NCBI RefSeq assembly: GCF_009914755.1 | Contig: NC_060928.1 | DNA: 64,000 nt | Reading direction: 5' to 3' (one strand) | Source: the human T2T-CHM13v2.0 reference genome, Homo sapiens | Part shown: positions 1 to 17,180 of the stretch, piece after piece | How the letters are laid out: every line of letters starts with the position of its first letter | How positions within the stretch are numbered: position 1 is the first letter of the stretch | Notes under the pieces: generated by a model | What the model saw: only the letters and a program-made list of their open reading frames with translations | Databases searched by the model: none | What the model was told of the DNA's origin: nothing | Program-made: the position numbers and the translations under genes

Positions 1-1858
1 GGACAGGCCCAAGAGGCAGGATAAGGGCAAAATAAGTAGCAGATGTTTAAAAGAGAGAAGTAGAAAGAGGCTTGAATGCAGCACATTTAATTTACAATTG
101 CAAAGTTGTGTTGATTTGAGATCAATTTCAAGAGTGTGGTAATTGCATGAAAACCAAGTTGAAATGGGCTTCTGAGTGAATAAGAGTCAGGGAGCTAAAT
201 TAATATTTAATTTCAGAAAAAATGAAATAATTTCAGAAAAAATTTCACCTAAAGATAAGGTGAAATGGAAAATAGATGTTTCATGTCTTTTCTGACAACC
301 AAATTGTATCTCCAATTCTCATGATCCTGCTAATATTGGCTACCATTTATTAAATTAAAAGAGGTTTATCTAATCCTTTGATAAACTCAAAATCTTCTGA
401 ATAACTAGAAATGAATGGCCCTTCCCGTTCATAATCACTTTCATTCCAGGAACCATTTATATTCCTACATAGTATGCTATTCTGGAAAACAAAATATTTT
501 CTAGTCTCAACTCAAATTCTGTCAAGGCAATACGTGTGAGTGTAAGTAGAGTGGGGATAGAGATAGCATGAAGTTCTGATGTCTGAAAGAAGTGAAGCTT
601 CATTTGATTCTGAAGAAGTTCTTGTCCAAGTATCCAACCATTTGAAGGTATAGCGTTTAGTTTGTATCAGAGATTTACAATTCCCCATAAAGAAATGCAA
701 GAACTCTGGGGTTCATCTGTGATGCATTTGCAAGGTTATTTCCCCTTTGATCCCCAGGCTCTGGCCCCTAGCTGTAGCCTCTTTTTCCTCCTCCCTCTCT
801 TCTCCTCTCCTTCCCTCCCTCTCTCCTTCCTTCTTTGAGGGATAATGCAGTTATATCAGAATAGAAGCTATGTAAGAAAGGGTGGTATACTGGATTGCTT
901 GGGATATTTTAATACATATTCAAGAGAAAATGACAAATATATCTTAATAGAAAAGGATACAAATTAAAAATCAGAAGGCAAGACCACCAGGATTAAAGAT
1001 GCAACTTAGATCAAATATTGACCAAAGTAAATGGGTTGAATTTTGAATATAGCATAGATCATACTTAGTGAGAGGCTTTCGAACTAACGACTTACATTTA
1101 ATAATAATTAGCATGTCACAGAATATAGTTTATGATTATTAGAAAAATGAAGTTAAATCAATACTTGGGAGATTGTTTATTAATGTGTGAATTATGTCTT
1201 TTTTTAATATTCATAAATAGTTTTAAAATTTTAAATGTGTTTTAGAAAGAAATTGGTTACTCCTTGGGAAAAAAATAAGTGTGCATTACAACGTCTAGTG
1301 GAAGAGTTTAAAGGATAGATTTTCATTTATATTTAGGAAAGAATGTTTCTCTTGCCTTCCTGGATTTGCTCCATAGCAAAAGACATAAATACATATTGTA
1401 ATTATAAATTGTGCATTGTAATTATAAGTTGTAAATTCTACTACAAAGGTCAGCTATGGTTAGATTCAGTGAGTTTTACCTTAAAATATTGGCTTAAAAC
1501 AATTCAAATCAAATGGATAAAACAACTTTTTGCTTTCCAATGGCATTATGATTTTGGGTGGTATGGGAAGAGAAGTTCTCAAACCAATAGTCTTCAAGGT
1601 TGCAGAGAGAAGCTTCTGTCTGCCACTTTCCTGATGTACTGAATGGCCCTTGGTATATCTTTATAAAAATGTTAAAACCCACAGAGCTATTTAAAGATAA
1701 AAAAAACCTTACATAACTTTATTTTTCAAAGACTAATATGTCTCAGGTACATTTAGCTACAGTACAAAGGATAAGAAAATAGCACCTAGGAATTTTTTAG
1801 GTTGTAGAGAATCTCAACTGCTTTACCTTTTGTATTTTCTCTCCACTTCTCTAGCAAA

Positions 1859-1914
1859 GAAGACAGAGTGCTCCCATTCCCACTTCGAAGACAGAGTGCT
1901 CCCATTCCCACTTC
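1859..1914. repeat. Perfect 28-bp tandem duplication in the alphaE 3'UTR (TaqI insertion allele)
   Basis: GAAGACAGAGTGCTCCCATTCCCACTTC at 1859-1886 and 1887-1914; junction creates TCGA at 1885-1888. Confidence 0.95.
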
Positions 1915-1920
1915 TTCAGC

Positions 1921-2630
1921 CTATTGGGTCACAAGGGGCCTAATTTTCATGCGAACAGCCCTGAGGGAATAATCTGCCCCTCTAAAGGAAACCCAGACCA
2001 CTCCATTCTCAATCTCATAAGGACTGTTATTCCTTGGGTCATAGGAGCCCCCAGGGTAGTAGATTCCATTGAGATTGGCTGCTTGGCAGTTATTATACCA
2101 CCAGCCTCCCCCATAGACTTCTGCACAGTTCTCTTCCCACTGGTCTGCATCCCTGTCAAAGGTGCTGAACTGCATGTTGTTGTGAGAGGTGTACTCTGCC
2201 CCTTCCTCTACGGAACCCTCAATCAGAGCATCACCCGCAGTGCCTTCATAGGAGGAGACTTGGAGGGCATAGCCTTCAGCCTCAGAGCCTACCCGGAAGT
2301 GATATTCTGCATAAGCTTCATTCCCAGCCCAGTCCTCTAATTCAACCCTAAGAACAGAGCCCCTTTGGGTTAGTAAGTGGAGGTAGTCATTGCCTAGCCA
2401 GAATTCTCCTTCCCCCTCGTCATTCAGGCTGCCGAAACCTCTCTTGTAGTCTTGCCAGGTCCGGTTAAAATTCAGTGATCCATCCATTCTTTGCTGGATC
2501 AAAAGCCATCCTCCCAAACTGGTCTCTTGATCGCAATAAACAGAAAAAATCTTACTGGATCCCGGTAGCTTGATATTGAAAATGCCACTTTGGGTACCTG
2601 AAGGATGTGTTTGGAGGACATCATCACAGT
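1921..2630 (-). CDS. FGA: FGA exon 6, alphaE C-terminal fibrinogen-related domain
   Basis: ttttag|ACTGTGATGAT in phase 1, matching the exon-5 internal donor (R-DCDDV); FReD motifs EFWLGN, FSTFDRDAD, GGWWYNNC. Confidence 0.97.
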
Positions 2631-3070
2631 CTAAAAAAAAAATTAAGCTGGTTGGAAGAAGTTATTCTCATTTAACTTTACAAAGATAGGCACGGCTCAG
2701 ATTAAATAAGGCAAATACTGTTTCTTTCCCTTCCTTTCTTTCTTCCTCCTTTCCTTCCCTCCATAGGGAAAGGATGCACTTACAGTGGGATAGAACTTAT
2801 GCAAATAAGCGGTTATTTATACCTACAAATTGCAAAGGGGATTTTCCTCAAATGTATTTGGAATTTTACTTGCACAAACTAATAGCAAGTAACCAGTACA
2901 GGTAGCTAAGCATCACTTAATACTAACACAACTTGTATTTAGCCTGACCTAAATGTCAACTGAGACACATACTAAAAATGTGATTAATCAGTTGGGTGAC
3001 AATTCTAATAGCACACACTTTGAATAGTGAAAGAATTTGACTAAATAAGCTCAAATAGAGTTTCAGAGGA

Positions 3071-3185
3071 ATTCATTCATCCATTTAACATGTATTTATT
3101 GAGTCATGGCTCTGTACTGTTAGGCATTTGGGAATACAGAGATGAGACAGACAAAGGCCCTGCCCCCAAGGAACTTACAGTCTAG
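3071..3185 (-). mobile_element. LINE-2 3' end fragment
   Basis: Minus strand CTAGACTGTAAGTTCCTTGGGGGCAGGG...CTCAATAAATACATGTTAAATGGATGAATGAAT resembles the L2 terminus. Confidence 0.8.
3095..3100 (-). terminator. Poly(A) signal AATAAA for the common Aalpha mRNA
   Basis: TTTATT on + strand ~190 nt past the exon-5 stop; the first AATAAA I found after the stop. Confidence 0.8.
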
Positions 3186-3290
3186 CACAAAAACAGACCA
3201 AAAAAGTGTAGTTTCAATGACGTGTAACAGAGAGTTAAGAAGGAAATGCAAGGGGCCATGGGAACACTGTGCAGAAATATTTAACTTAGT

Positions 3291-4715
<1,425 letters not shown>

Positions 4716-5308
4716 CTAGAGAGAGGGGAGAAAAATAAAGAGAAAATGTAGATACAAATACATAAACTACGTCTATTGAGTTCCTGGTAGTTAATTTTCC
4801 TTCTGGAAACTGGTTTCATTTTTTTTGACTCGGAGACCTACCACTTAATATTCTCTGTTTTCTGCCTATCGAGCACCCTCAGTGGAAGAGATGTTGGGTA
4901 TTGCAGGGCTAGCCAGGATAAGCAATGGATGCTGTTTAATTCATCTTAGCCTCAGAATGGATCAAGAGTAAGGTGCTATTCCCTCTCAAAGGAAACGCTA
5001 ATTAAATGATCCTTGGTGAAACTCAGGCTGAGGGCTCAGAGGTGTGGTGATGTAATGGGCTTTGGAATTAGACAGGGACTGAACATTTGCTTTTGAAATT
5101 TACTATCTATGTACCGTTGGAAAATTTACTTAATATCTCTGAATTTTTTTTCTTCAACTGTGGAGTGAGGAAAATAATACCTACTTTTAGGTAGATGATG
5201 GATATAACACTTTTCTCTGCATATAGTAGACACTCAGTGCATAACTATCGCCTTCCTTTTCCCTCTACTCAAAAACAAGGACATCTGGGACCACAGCCAC
5301 ATACTTAC

Positions 5309-5454
5309 CTCCAGTCGTTTCATATCAACCAACTGAGCTCTAACATTTTTCTGCAGAAGCTGGATATGCTGTACTTTTTCTATGACTTTGCGCTTCAGGA
5401 CTTCAATTCTGCTTCTCAGATCCTCTGACACTCGGTTGTAGGTATTATCACGGT
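5309..5454 (-). CDS. FGA: FGA exon 4
   Basis: tttcag|ACCGTGAT...CTGGAG|gtaagt; 146 nt; donor GT intact. Confidence 0.98.
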
Positions 5455-5532
5455 CTGAAATCGAAAATATGGTTATTGAAGTAGCTGCTGAGTGATTTGT
5501 CTGTAATTGCCAGCAAAAAAGAAAGGAAGAAA

Positions 5533-5542
5533 GGAAGGAAGG

Positions 5543-5613
<71 letters not shown>

Positions 5614-5632
5614 GAAAAAAGAAAGAAAGAAA
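5533..5632. repeat. Forensic STR FGA (FIBRA) in intron 3, allele 25
   Basis: [GGAA]2 GGAG [AAAG]17 AGAA AAAA [GAAA]3 = 100 bp, counted by hand. Confidence 0.92.
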
Positions 5633-6569
5633 CTAGCTTGTAAATATGCCTAATTTTATTTTGGTTACAGTTTAATCTGTGAGTTCAAAACCTATGGGGC
5701 ATTTGACTTTTGGATAATGTTATGCCCTGCAGCCTTCCATGAATGCCAGTTAAGATGTCCTAATAGCAATTAGTAATCCCAAAGAAATATAGAAGAAGAA
5801 CTTTCTTTGGAATTTTAAAGGTGTAATTTGGAGTTAAAATAGTTGGTTTGATTGCATTTCAATTATTTTATAACATCCTTAATCAAGGGACTTGAACATA
5901 TTGGATTTTCTTACTGATGAGCTTTTCTTTTTAATCTATAGATTTGAAATGGTTCCTAAGCTGTTTTGGGTCAACAGGATCACTCACTTGCCAGCTAGTG
6001 TTGCATCACTGATTTTAAATGTCAAGTGTTTGTGAAGGTGTAAAAAGGCAAAGCAAAACTTGAGAAACTGAGGACTCCCTAGACTCGCTGTCCATGCCCA
6101 GAGTGAATGCAATGTTTCCTAACCCTAATGAGTAGACTGTGAGAATGACGTAGCTTGACCCTATATTTTAAATTTAAAAATCTACCTAATCAGCTCAGTG
6201 GAGTCTGGGAGTTGAATTCCCAGCTCTGTGTCTTTGAACAAGTTCCTTGACCTCTCAGTTTTCACCTTTACAAAGCAGAAACAAAAATATCAACTCAAAG
6301 AGTCTGACCCATCCTACTTTCAGTATATACTGTTGAAAAGAACACATTTAAATTCTTGTTTTTAATCCAAAATTCTGACTTATTTTGTGACCTTAAACAA
6401 TCTCAGTTAACATCTTTTACTTTGAAAAAATAACGAAAACAAAAGCTCCCTCTTAAAATTTTCAGGGATATTATGAAGGTATGTGTTTCTACACTAAGTA
6501 CTTTGGGATGAAATTGTCATAGATATAAGCGGATATCATATTTATTTAGGATTTTTGTTGTTTCTGTTA

Positions 6570-6818
<249 letters not shown>

Positions 6819-7206
6819 CTATCTCTCAGATTCAGAATAATTTTGCATGTTTCCATGCAGCCCCCATTTCTTCCTACCCTTTCTCTTCCAGATAAGTTGG
6901 CTTAAAAGTAGGTAAGAGGACTAGTTAGAGGTCGCAGAGAAACTCTGGAATGAGGGTCCACTTAGCCATAAATTAGGTGCCAGGAAATTGAGGCCACAAT
7001 ACTCAGGAGCCTGGTTTTGCCTGAGCATGCAACTGAAATCCTGTCTGTTCACCCACTAATGATCCAGAGTTGGGGAGGTAAATAAACAGTGCTCTTGGGA
7101 GTAGGTTCCTTTTCTTTATTTGCTATGTAGGTAACTATTCAATTATTTTCTATTTAAAAAAGTTTCTGGGACCAATCAGGTCAGCCTGTGAGCCCCTCTA
7201 GCATCA

Positions 7207-7443
<237 letters not shown>

Positions 7444-8442
7444 CTACAAGTCCCCAGGAAGAGATGGCACTCTCACAGAGATTAAGGAGAGCAGACACAG
7501 GGCTTCGGCAAGCTTCAGGTTTCTTATCTTCAAATGGAAATCCTAGGACCCATTTTATGGAGTTGTTATGAGAATTAAAGGAGACAAGGTGTACAAATTT
7601 CTTAACTGTGTGTGACACTTAAATAAGCATTTGATAAATATTAGGAGTTTTAAAGAATCCATCCTAAAAGGAAAATTATTTGAATCTATAAAATCAGTTA
7701 AATTTTACCTTTTCATTTTTACTAATGACTGCAGACAGAAAGTTGAAAACTACTGTAGAGCTCTTTCTCCTGTAATTGCTGCTTCAGTAGAAAAACCTAG
7801 ACTATCTTAACTGAATGTTCCTCTCTCCTTCAAGTTTCTATGTAACCTTTAGAGATGGATTCATAATTTAAAAGAATACCATTACTGCGGAAAAGCGTAT
7901 TGCCTTACTAACTAATCTCTTCTGATACTGCAAAGATATTTCCAAAGATAATTCGTTTGCTTTTTCTTCTGTCTTGACAAACACAACAATAACCTTTCAG
8001 CAAAACTGTACTAACACTAAAAGTTCTGCTTATTATGGACAAGTAGCAAGAAATTAATAACTAAAGAAAACAAATCTTACCATAAAATGTTTTATTCCAT
8101 TAACTAGCATTATAATGCACCAAGGCTTTATAGGTACAAGGATGGCAAATAATTCTTGCCCTTTTTAAAACAAAACAAAACAAAATGTGGTAAGACTGAA
8201 TGACAGATGCTAAAGTTTCCCTTGTGAGTTTGTACACTCTCATCCATCTAAGATCTTCCTCTTGGTGTCATATTACCCTGTATTCTTGAGGTGTCAAGCC
8301 CACCCAGGAAATTTCCTCCCAGGCCTGGGGTCATAAAGCTAAGAGTGTGTCAGGACATAGAGCAGGTAGACTCTGACCTCCAGGCTCTTTGTGGAATAAA
8401 CACCAGAGAGAAAGCAAGAAGAAAAAATGAAAAGGGCCATAC

Positions 8443-8496
8443 CCATGCTGTGCCCACCACACTTAGGACCAGGCAGACGATCCTCATGGAAAACAT
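8443..8496 (-). CDS. FGA: FGA exon 1 coding part (signal peptide MFSMRIVCLVLSVVGTAW)
   Basis: ATG at 8496-8494; donor TGG|gtatgg; 54 nt. Confidence 0.98.
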
Positions 8497-8574
8497 CTTT
8501 TCTAAGGGTGGGGCTGGCTCCTGAGGAGCACTCCAGCTGAAAGAAAGGATTGCTGCCACTCCTAGTTCCCATCC

Positions 8575-8693
8575 TATTTAAATCTGCAAGAGGTTTGGTT
8601 AATCATTGGCTTTGTCCTGTGTAGACAGTCAACCCTCCCTCTACGTCCTTTGTTCCTCCTATGCTGTTGGTATCCCAGAAATTCTTGCTCAAT
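8575..8693 (-). promoter_or_regulatory. FGA proximal promoter: TATA-like, HNF1, IL-6 response element, C/EBP
   Basis: TTTAAATA 8582-8575; GTTAATCATTGGC 8598-8610; CTGGGA 8678-8673; TTGCTCAAT 8685-8693. Confidence 0.85.
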
Positions 8694-9319
8694 TCCCCTC
8701 AGCTTGTTTGCTTCCGATAAGCTGTTGCAAAGGTAGCATTTGATTCTCCAGTCAACAATTAGGAGATCTCACATTCCAGGAACAGGGTGGCTTTGAGAAT
8801 GAAAAGAGGAGCATAGGAGGGTATATCCATATTTCTAAACGTGAAAGAATATAGAAGGTGCTTAGGTAAGCTAGCTGTAGCCCCCAGTAGTAGTGATTTA
8901 GCAAACAATATTTCACTTTATGCAGAAATTAGGGTTGGGTGATCTGGCTTATAAAAAAAATAACTTTGGGGATAAGCTGGCCCTGAAGGCTTTCTATAAG
9001 TTTATTTAGAACATATTACTTTTCTCTATTTAAAATATTAAGATGACAGCAGCCCCAGGAACAAAACATCTTGGGTTCATAATCCAAGCTGCACCACTTC
9101 CCTGCTCTATGTTCTTGGACAAGTTACTTTACCTCTTTATACTTCAGTTTCCTCATTTATAAAATAAGGATGCTGATAAGCTACCCCATGCTTTTATGAA
9201 GAATAAATGAGTTAATTCTTGTAAATCTCTCAGAACAGTGACTGTCACATAGGAAATACTCAGTGAATTATGGGAGATCATAAAGTGCCATGAAAAATAC
9301 CATTTATTTCCTGTTTCTG

Positions 9320-10225
9320 TGCTAGCAATCTCATTTCTGAGTGTATTTCCAAAGGAAATGAAATCAGGATCTTGAAGAGACACCTGCATTCCCATGTTCA
9401 TTGTAGCTATATTGACAATAGCCGAGATATGAAAACAACCTGTTTCCACTGATGGATGAGTAGATAAAGAAAATGTGTATATATATATATATACACAATG
9501 GAGTATTACTCAGCCTTGAAAAAGAAGGAAATTCTGTCATTTGCAGTAACATTGATGAACCTAGAGGGCATTATCCTAAGTGAAATGAGCAGATATAGAC
9601 AGACAAATACTGCTTAGCTGGTCGTGGTGACAGGCACCTGTAATCCCAGCTACTCAGGAGGCTGAGGCAGGGAGAATCACTTGAACGCGGGAGGTGGAGG
9701 AGGTTGCAGTGAGCCGAGATTGCATCATTGCACTCCAGCCTGGGCCACAGAGTGAGACTCCTTCTCAAAAAAAAAAAAAAAAACGGAAAAGAAAGACAAA
9801 TACTGTATGATCTTTCTTACATGTGAAATCTAAAATAGTCAAACTCACGGAAGAAAAGTGTAGAATGGTGGTGGCCAGGGCCTGAGGCATAGGAGAAATG
9901 GGGGAGATGTTGGTTAGAGGGCACAAAGTTTGAGTTATGCAATATAAATAAGTTCTGGAGTCCAATGTGCAGCATGGTGACTATAGTTGATAATATTATG
10001 CTGTATATTTGAAATTTGCTAAAAAGGTAGATCTTAAGTCTTCTCACCACACAAAAAGATAACTATATGAGGTGTTTTAAGTGCTAATTAGATTAATAGT
10101 GGTAATCATTTCACAATGTTTATGTGTATCAAAACACCAATCAGAGAGAAGTTCCCCTTTAAAGGAAAATAAAAAAACAAACATCCAGCTGTACAACCTA
10201 AATTATGCAATTTTTATTTGTCAAT
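9320..10225 (+). mobile_element. Old L1 (L1MA/L1MB-type) 3' fragment interrupted by an Alu
   Basis: L1 ORF2-end/3'UTR motifs (CCCATGTTCATTGTAGC, ACAATGGAGTATTACTCAGCC, CAATAAAG). Confidence 0.8.
9614..9783 (+). mobile_element. 5'-truncated Alu (right arm) with 12-bp target-site duplication
   Basis: Alu right monomer plus poly(A); AGACAAATACTG at 9601-9612 and 9794-9805. Confidence 0.9.
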
Positions 10226-10277
10226 TATACTTCAATAAAGGTAAAAAACATCTTCAGCTTACATTTACCAGATGTAT

Positions 10278-10462
10278 TAGGTTGGCGGAAATAGCAAATA
10301 AAAATAAGAGTGTCCCAGTTAAATTTGAATTTCAGATAAACAACAAATCTATTTGAGTATAAGTATGTCTCATGTGATATTTGAGACACACTTAAAATTT
10401 TTTTGTTGTTCATCTGAAATTCAAACTTTACTGGACATCCTGTACTTTATCTGGCAATCCTA
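10278..10462. mobile_element. Palindromic hAT MITE (MER53-like)
   Basis: TAGGTTGGC...GGCAATCCTA ends; internal AAATTTGAATTTCAGATAAACAAC / GTTGTTCATCTGAAATTCAAA symmetry. Confidence 0.75.
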
Positions 10463-12085
10463 CCTTGCCTCAAATTCTGCTTCCTACATGAAGCCAATCC
10501 TAATAGAGTAATAGCTAATGTGTATTGAATGTTTACTAAGTCTTGGGTTCTTTGCTAGACATTTTGCAGGGTACCTGATTCAATGTCCAATTAAAAGGAA
10601 TCTCATGTTCTTTCATACTTCCTTAGACTGTGCACCACTAATGGCATTTATCATTATAGGAGTACCGTCTGTCTCCTCCACTAGATCATAAACTTGAGAA
10701 TTGAAATGTTTTATTGGTCTTTATATTCTCCCCAAAAGGTGTGGGCCCTCATTGAGCAAGAAAGCATAAGTGGGTTCCAGAGATGCGAAGTTGCCTGGCT
10801 GCCTCCCCCAGCACTGCAGACGTGTGAAGCTTTCTATAAATGGATGGAAGCCCTGGTGCAAGGCAGTGCACTGTCTGCTCTATGGAAGACTCCTTGTCTG
10901 ATCAAGCTCACCCCTGAAGCAGCTTGCTATGATTTTAGAGTTAACTGCAGAGCAAAGAGGAAGCCCCAGAGCCCCATCCAGGTTCCAGAGGGCAATGATT
11001 CCATGAAAAGCTGGGTTACACTCACTCACAATGACTGCACTGGCAAAATGTCAGGATTAGATAGGAAGGTGAGGCTTGATCTCTGCACACATTTTCCTAT
11101 GCCCACAAGAAGTGCCCCTTTGGGAGGTGAACATGGTATATAGCAAAGAAGTTCCCGAGAGTAACCTGGTAGGCCTTAGGTGAGTCGGCTGAACATAATC
11201 TGATTGAAGGTAAATTAACAGAAAACAATTTGGTTGAATGCCACCACCCTAGTGCCATGTCAGGGTGTTTCCAAGGATGCCACCTGAGGGCTTTATCCTT
11301 GCCTCTCAGAATCAGCACATCTCACACCCTTTCTTACTCCTGGCCTCTGCTCACATGGCATCTACTCAGAGAGGCCTTCTCTGGCCACCTGATCTAAAGA
11401 GCTGCCACTCTCGCATGTCATTCCATTGACTCTGCTTGGTTTTTCCACGCAGTACCTTATAACTCCTGGACAATGTGCATTTGGGAAGGTATTTGTTTAT
11501 TCTGTGTCTTGCCTACACAAAGCTTCCTGAGGCCAAGACACAAGGACTGGCACAAATGTCAGGCATAGAGCAATTGCTGCTCAGTATCTGCTGGAGAAAT
11601 GGAAGGCTGTCACCATATGGTGGTGACAATGCATGGTGGGCTTTCCAGCATGTGAGACCTGGATTCCAGCTAAGTGACATGGGCAAACTATTTAAATTCT
11701 CTGAGCTATAAATGGGATGATGATATTTGTCTTACAGGATTGCTGTGAAGATTATGTAAAATGGTGTATGTAAAATGTTGGCCATACACAGCAGGAGCTC
11801 TAGAAACAGTAGCTTTTATTGTTCCTAGAATATCCCAATGCTCCATGATAAAATGTTCCCTTGTTTTGACTGTAGTACCAGGAGTCCCTAATGAGGCACT
11901 TCTGTAGCTCACTGTTTGGCCCCACACTGCAGGCTGCTCACTAGGCTGGGCTCTCTGCCCCATGAACAGGCTGTATTGTAAGCTTTGGAGGAGTAGGTTT
12001 TGTTTAGCTGGAAAACCATGCAAATTAATAGGCATGATACGAGTATCATTTTTTAAAAAGCATGTGACAATAAGCGTATCTTTAA

Positions 12086-12447
<362 letters not shown>

Positions 12448-13586
12448 TTGTCTTTTTCCTATAGATAACTACATCCTATTTACCTTAGCTCTAATGAGAA
12501 GGATGTTTGATATATCTATCCTTTTGAAGTTAATGTAATATAAACATTTAAATATAAATGTTAATATAAACATTTGAATGCAGGAATTTACACATTTGTT
12601 ATGCCATAACTTTTGGCATGACTAGAATAGTTTTTACTAGTTTTAATAGCTTTATTTGTGTGGTATATAATGTATACAGAAAGAGTAGAAATTCTATAGC
12701 TATATGTTTCAGTTTTAAACTATATCTACTCATCACAGCTTCCACAGGAAAAGTAAAATATATAACCAGTTATCTATATATTTGCAATTGTATAAATACA
12801 ACTTAAAAATACAAAACAAAACAACAGTGTTATTTTGAATGGAATATTTGTCTTACCCTGGGCTGACACCAGAAATTAAATGCATTGATTTCTGAGAGCA
12901 GCTCACTCATTCACTCATTTGTCTAAATTTAGCAATCATTTATCCTATGTATATTATTTCTCTAGTCCTGCATACTATGTGCTTAAGATAAAAAGGCAAA
13001 CAATGTATAGTCTTTTACCTTCAAGTTGCTTACAATTGGCAAGCAAGTCAAATACGTTATGCAGCTGAGAATTAAGTTAAACTATGTAAACTTGACATTT
13101 TTGTAGGTCAAAACAATAATATCTACAGTTTTATACGGTTTAATCTAATATAAAACAATGGAAAAAATCTGTAAGCTATATGCTGAGTTCTGTTAGAACA
13201 CACAGCAGAGAGTGTTATATCACTTACGTATTGCTTTTTGTTTTGTTTGTGTGAGATATTTCTTAAAAAGTCAGATTTAATTCAGGTCTCAAAATACAAG
13301 ATGTTTCTGAAAAATTCTTATGTCATCTATCATAAAAATCTACATGAATCTGTACATTCTTTCCAAAGACATTTGGTATCCTAATAACAAGAAGATAATA
13401 GTACTTTGACAGGAACTATTTTGTTAAAACAATATTAAGTGCATTCTTGGAAAGTACTAAAATTATCTTCTAAATTTTGAAATGACTAAATTATAAAAAT
13501 TTACAAGATTTTGGCATTTATAAATACAGTCTGATCTGTAATGAATTCACTGGACAACATTGGCAAAGCTATTTAACTTTCTGTAG

Positions 13587-13750
13587 TTTTTTTATTTTTC
13601 TTTTTTTTTTTTTTTTTTTTTTTTAGAGACAGGGTCTTGCTCTGTTGCCCAAGCTGGAGTGTAGTGGCACAATCATGGCTTACTGCAGCCTGAACTCCTT
13701 GGGCTCAAGGGATCATCTCACCTCAGCTGCCTGAGTAGCTGGGATTACCA
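13587..13750 (-). mobile_element. Alu fragment (AluJ-like right arm)
   Basis: Long poly(T) then AGACAGGGTCTTGCTCTGTTGCCC...GCTGGGATTAC. Confidence 0.85.
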
Positions 13751-14293
13751 GCTTGTGTATCTTATTTTCTCTATTTGTCTTGTGCACCTCAAGGGTATTG
13801 CAAAAGTTTGTCTTTACCAAGCTGCTTACTGTGAAAGGTAAATGAACTGGTAGGATGACCTATGTAAGTGTGACTAATGGAGTGTTTAATGTTTATTTTC
13901 AGAACTCATCAATTTTCTGACCTCAAATGGTTTCCCCAGAAGTTACAGCTGCAAAGATAAAATAGGAATTTCCTTAATACCCAGAAGTGATTCTGAGTTG
14001 CACTTAAGAAAGTGAGGAGGAAAAAAAAAGAGCTTTTTGTGATCGTGATTTATTCTATCACACTGTTATTTCTCTTTAATCTCTTTCTTCAGGAAAGACA
14101 CCCATTTTATTTTTTGTAGTTGAACTGACTTTAGATTAATGACCACTTAATTGAATAACTTTTTATCATTTTTGAGATTAAAATCTATTCTGTTCCAATA
14201 ATATAATAATAATTCTGTTTTTATCCTTAGGCATAATTTTCATGGTCTTTTACTTAAGCACTTTTAATCAAGTTCTCATTAAGTAGTTATGAG

Positions 14294-14340
14294 AGTGTGT
14301 GTGTGTGTGTGTGTGTGGAGAGAGGGAGAGAAAGAGAGGT
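14294..14340. repeat. (GT)n/(GA)n microsatellite
   Basis: Direct reading. Confidence 0.85.
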
Positions 14341-14879
14341 GAAAGTAGAGTCTTTGAGTTTTTCTTACTGTTTTATCTCTTTTCATGTTTAACTGCAGTA
14401 TCAATTACATAATTCATTTTTCAAGATTAATTTATCTTACCTATAATGTGCGTGATCTAGATTTACTAATTTTTGGCACTTAACGTATATTAAAACTTAA
14501 GTGCTAGTTTTGAAAAGTAAAACCATTATACAGATAATCAATTGATGTATTAATATCAACAACATGGATTCATTCTCACATCATATCTATTAAATCCATG
14601 GTATTCAGTGCATTGCTGGATGGTCTCACTGTGGTTCTTCTAGTAAAGACTGGCAAACAAAATCTACCGGTTGGTGTTGGTTTAACAGTGACATGTTAAA
14701 AATTGGAGAAATATCATCTGCAAGGCATGTGGAATTTCCACAAACAAGGAATTATATGAAAAAAAGGGGTAAGTCAATTACCAAGATCCATATAATTATC
14801 TGTGGTATTTATTGGGCCCTATATTAATGGAAGATTTTACATAAAAATTTTACTTAGATAAAATTTGACAAAAAGTTAC

Positions 14880-15801
<922 letters not shown>

Positions 15802-16485
15802 TCAAACCCCACACAGCAATACCAATCTTAAGAGTAAAAAACAAGAGTAAAAAAAAAAATTTTGTTTTATTGTCTCTGAAACAGTTACACATATTATCTC
15901 ACTTGACCCTTATCACAGCTTTGTGATGTAAGGAGGACAAATTATGAAGGAAAACATTTCCAGTCCAAGGTCTCTTAAATGTTAGGTCATATTGTCTTAA
16001 TGTCACATTTTAACTATTCGTCCCGAAATATTTCAAAGAAGCCACTTTCATAACAGAGTGGAATCTGCCCTCCTATGTTTATCTAAGTAGAGTCAACATT
16101 TAGATTTATTTAGTGAGGATTCTCTACTTGCCTCAGTTCACCTCATGCTTTAAAGTTGCCAGTAGAAGAAAATCTGGGTGAGGATCTGAGAAATAGGAGT
16201 GAGGGCCAAGGATACGGATTTTGGATTTGGGAAACACATTTTTGACCCAGCTGTAGACATGATTAAATGTCATGATCCTGAATTTACCACGATTTCTTCC
16301 TTCAAATATTTCCCAATGAAATTGAGGTGAGCAAGAGCTTAAAATTGTGCCAGCTACCCTTCCCAGAAAGCTTTCCAGGTTGCTACAGAGCAGTGTTCTA
16401 TAAGCCATGGTTGAGTCTACCATCAATGCCCAGAATGAGCCAATGGCAACAATACCATTTGGGCCAAAGCTCATGTTTATGATAA

Positions 16486-16838
<353 letters not shown>

Positions 16839-16844
16839 CCCTTC

Positions 16845-17180
<336 letters not shown>

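Noticed and set aside
1924-2340. 138-aa plus-strand ORF
   Set aside because: Antisense shadow of FGA exon 6.
10278-10462. Long palindrome as a novel RNA hairpin
   Set aside because: Explained by a MER53-like MITE.
10694-11143. 149-aa plus-strand ORF upstream of FGA
   Set aside because: Starts at TTG within L2-like sequence; no recognisable homology or splice context.
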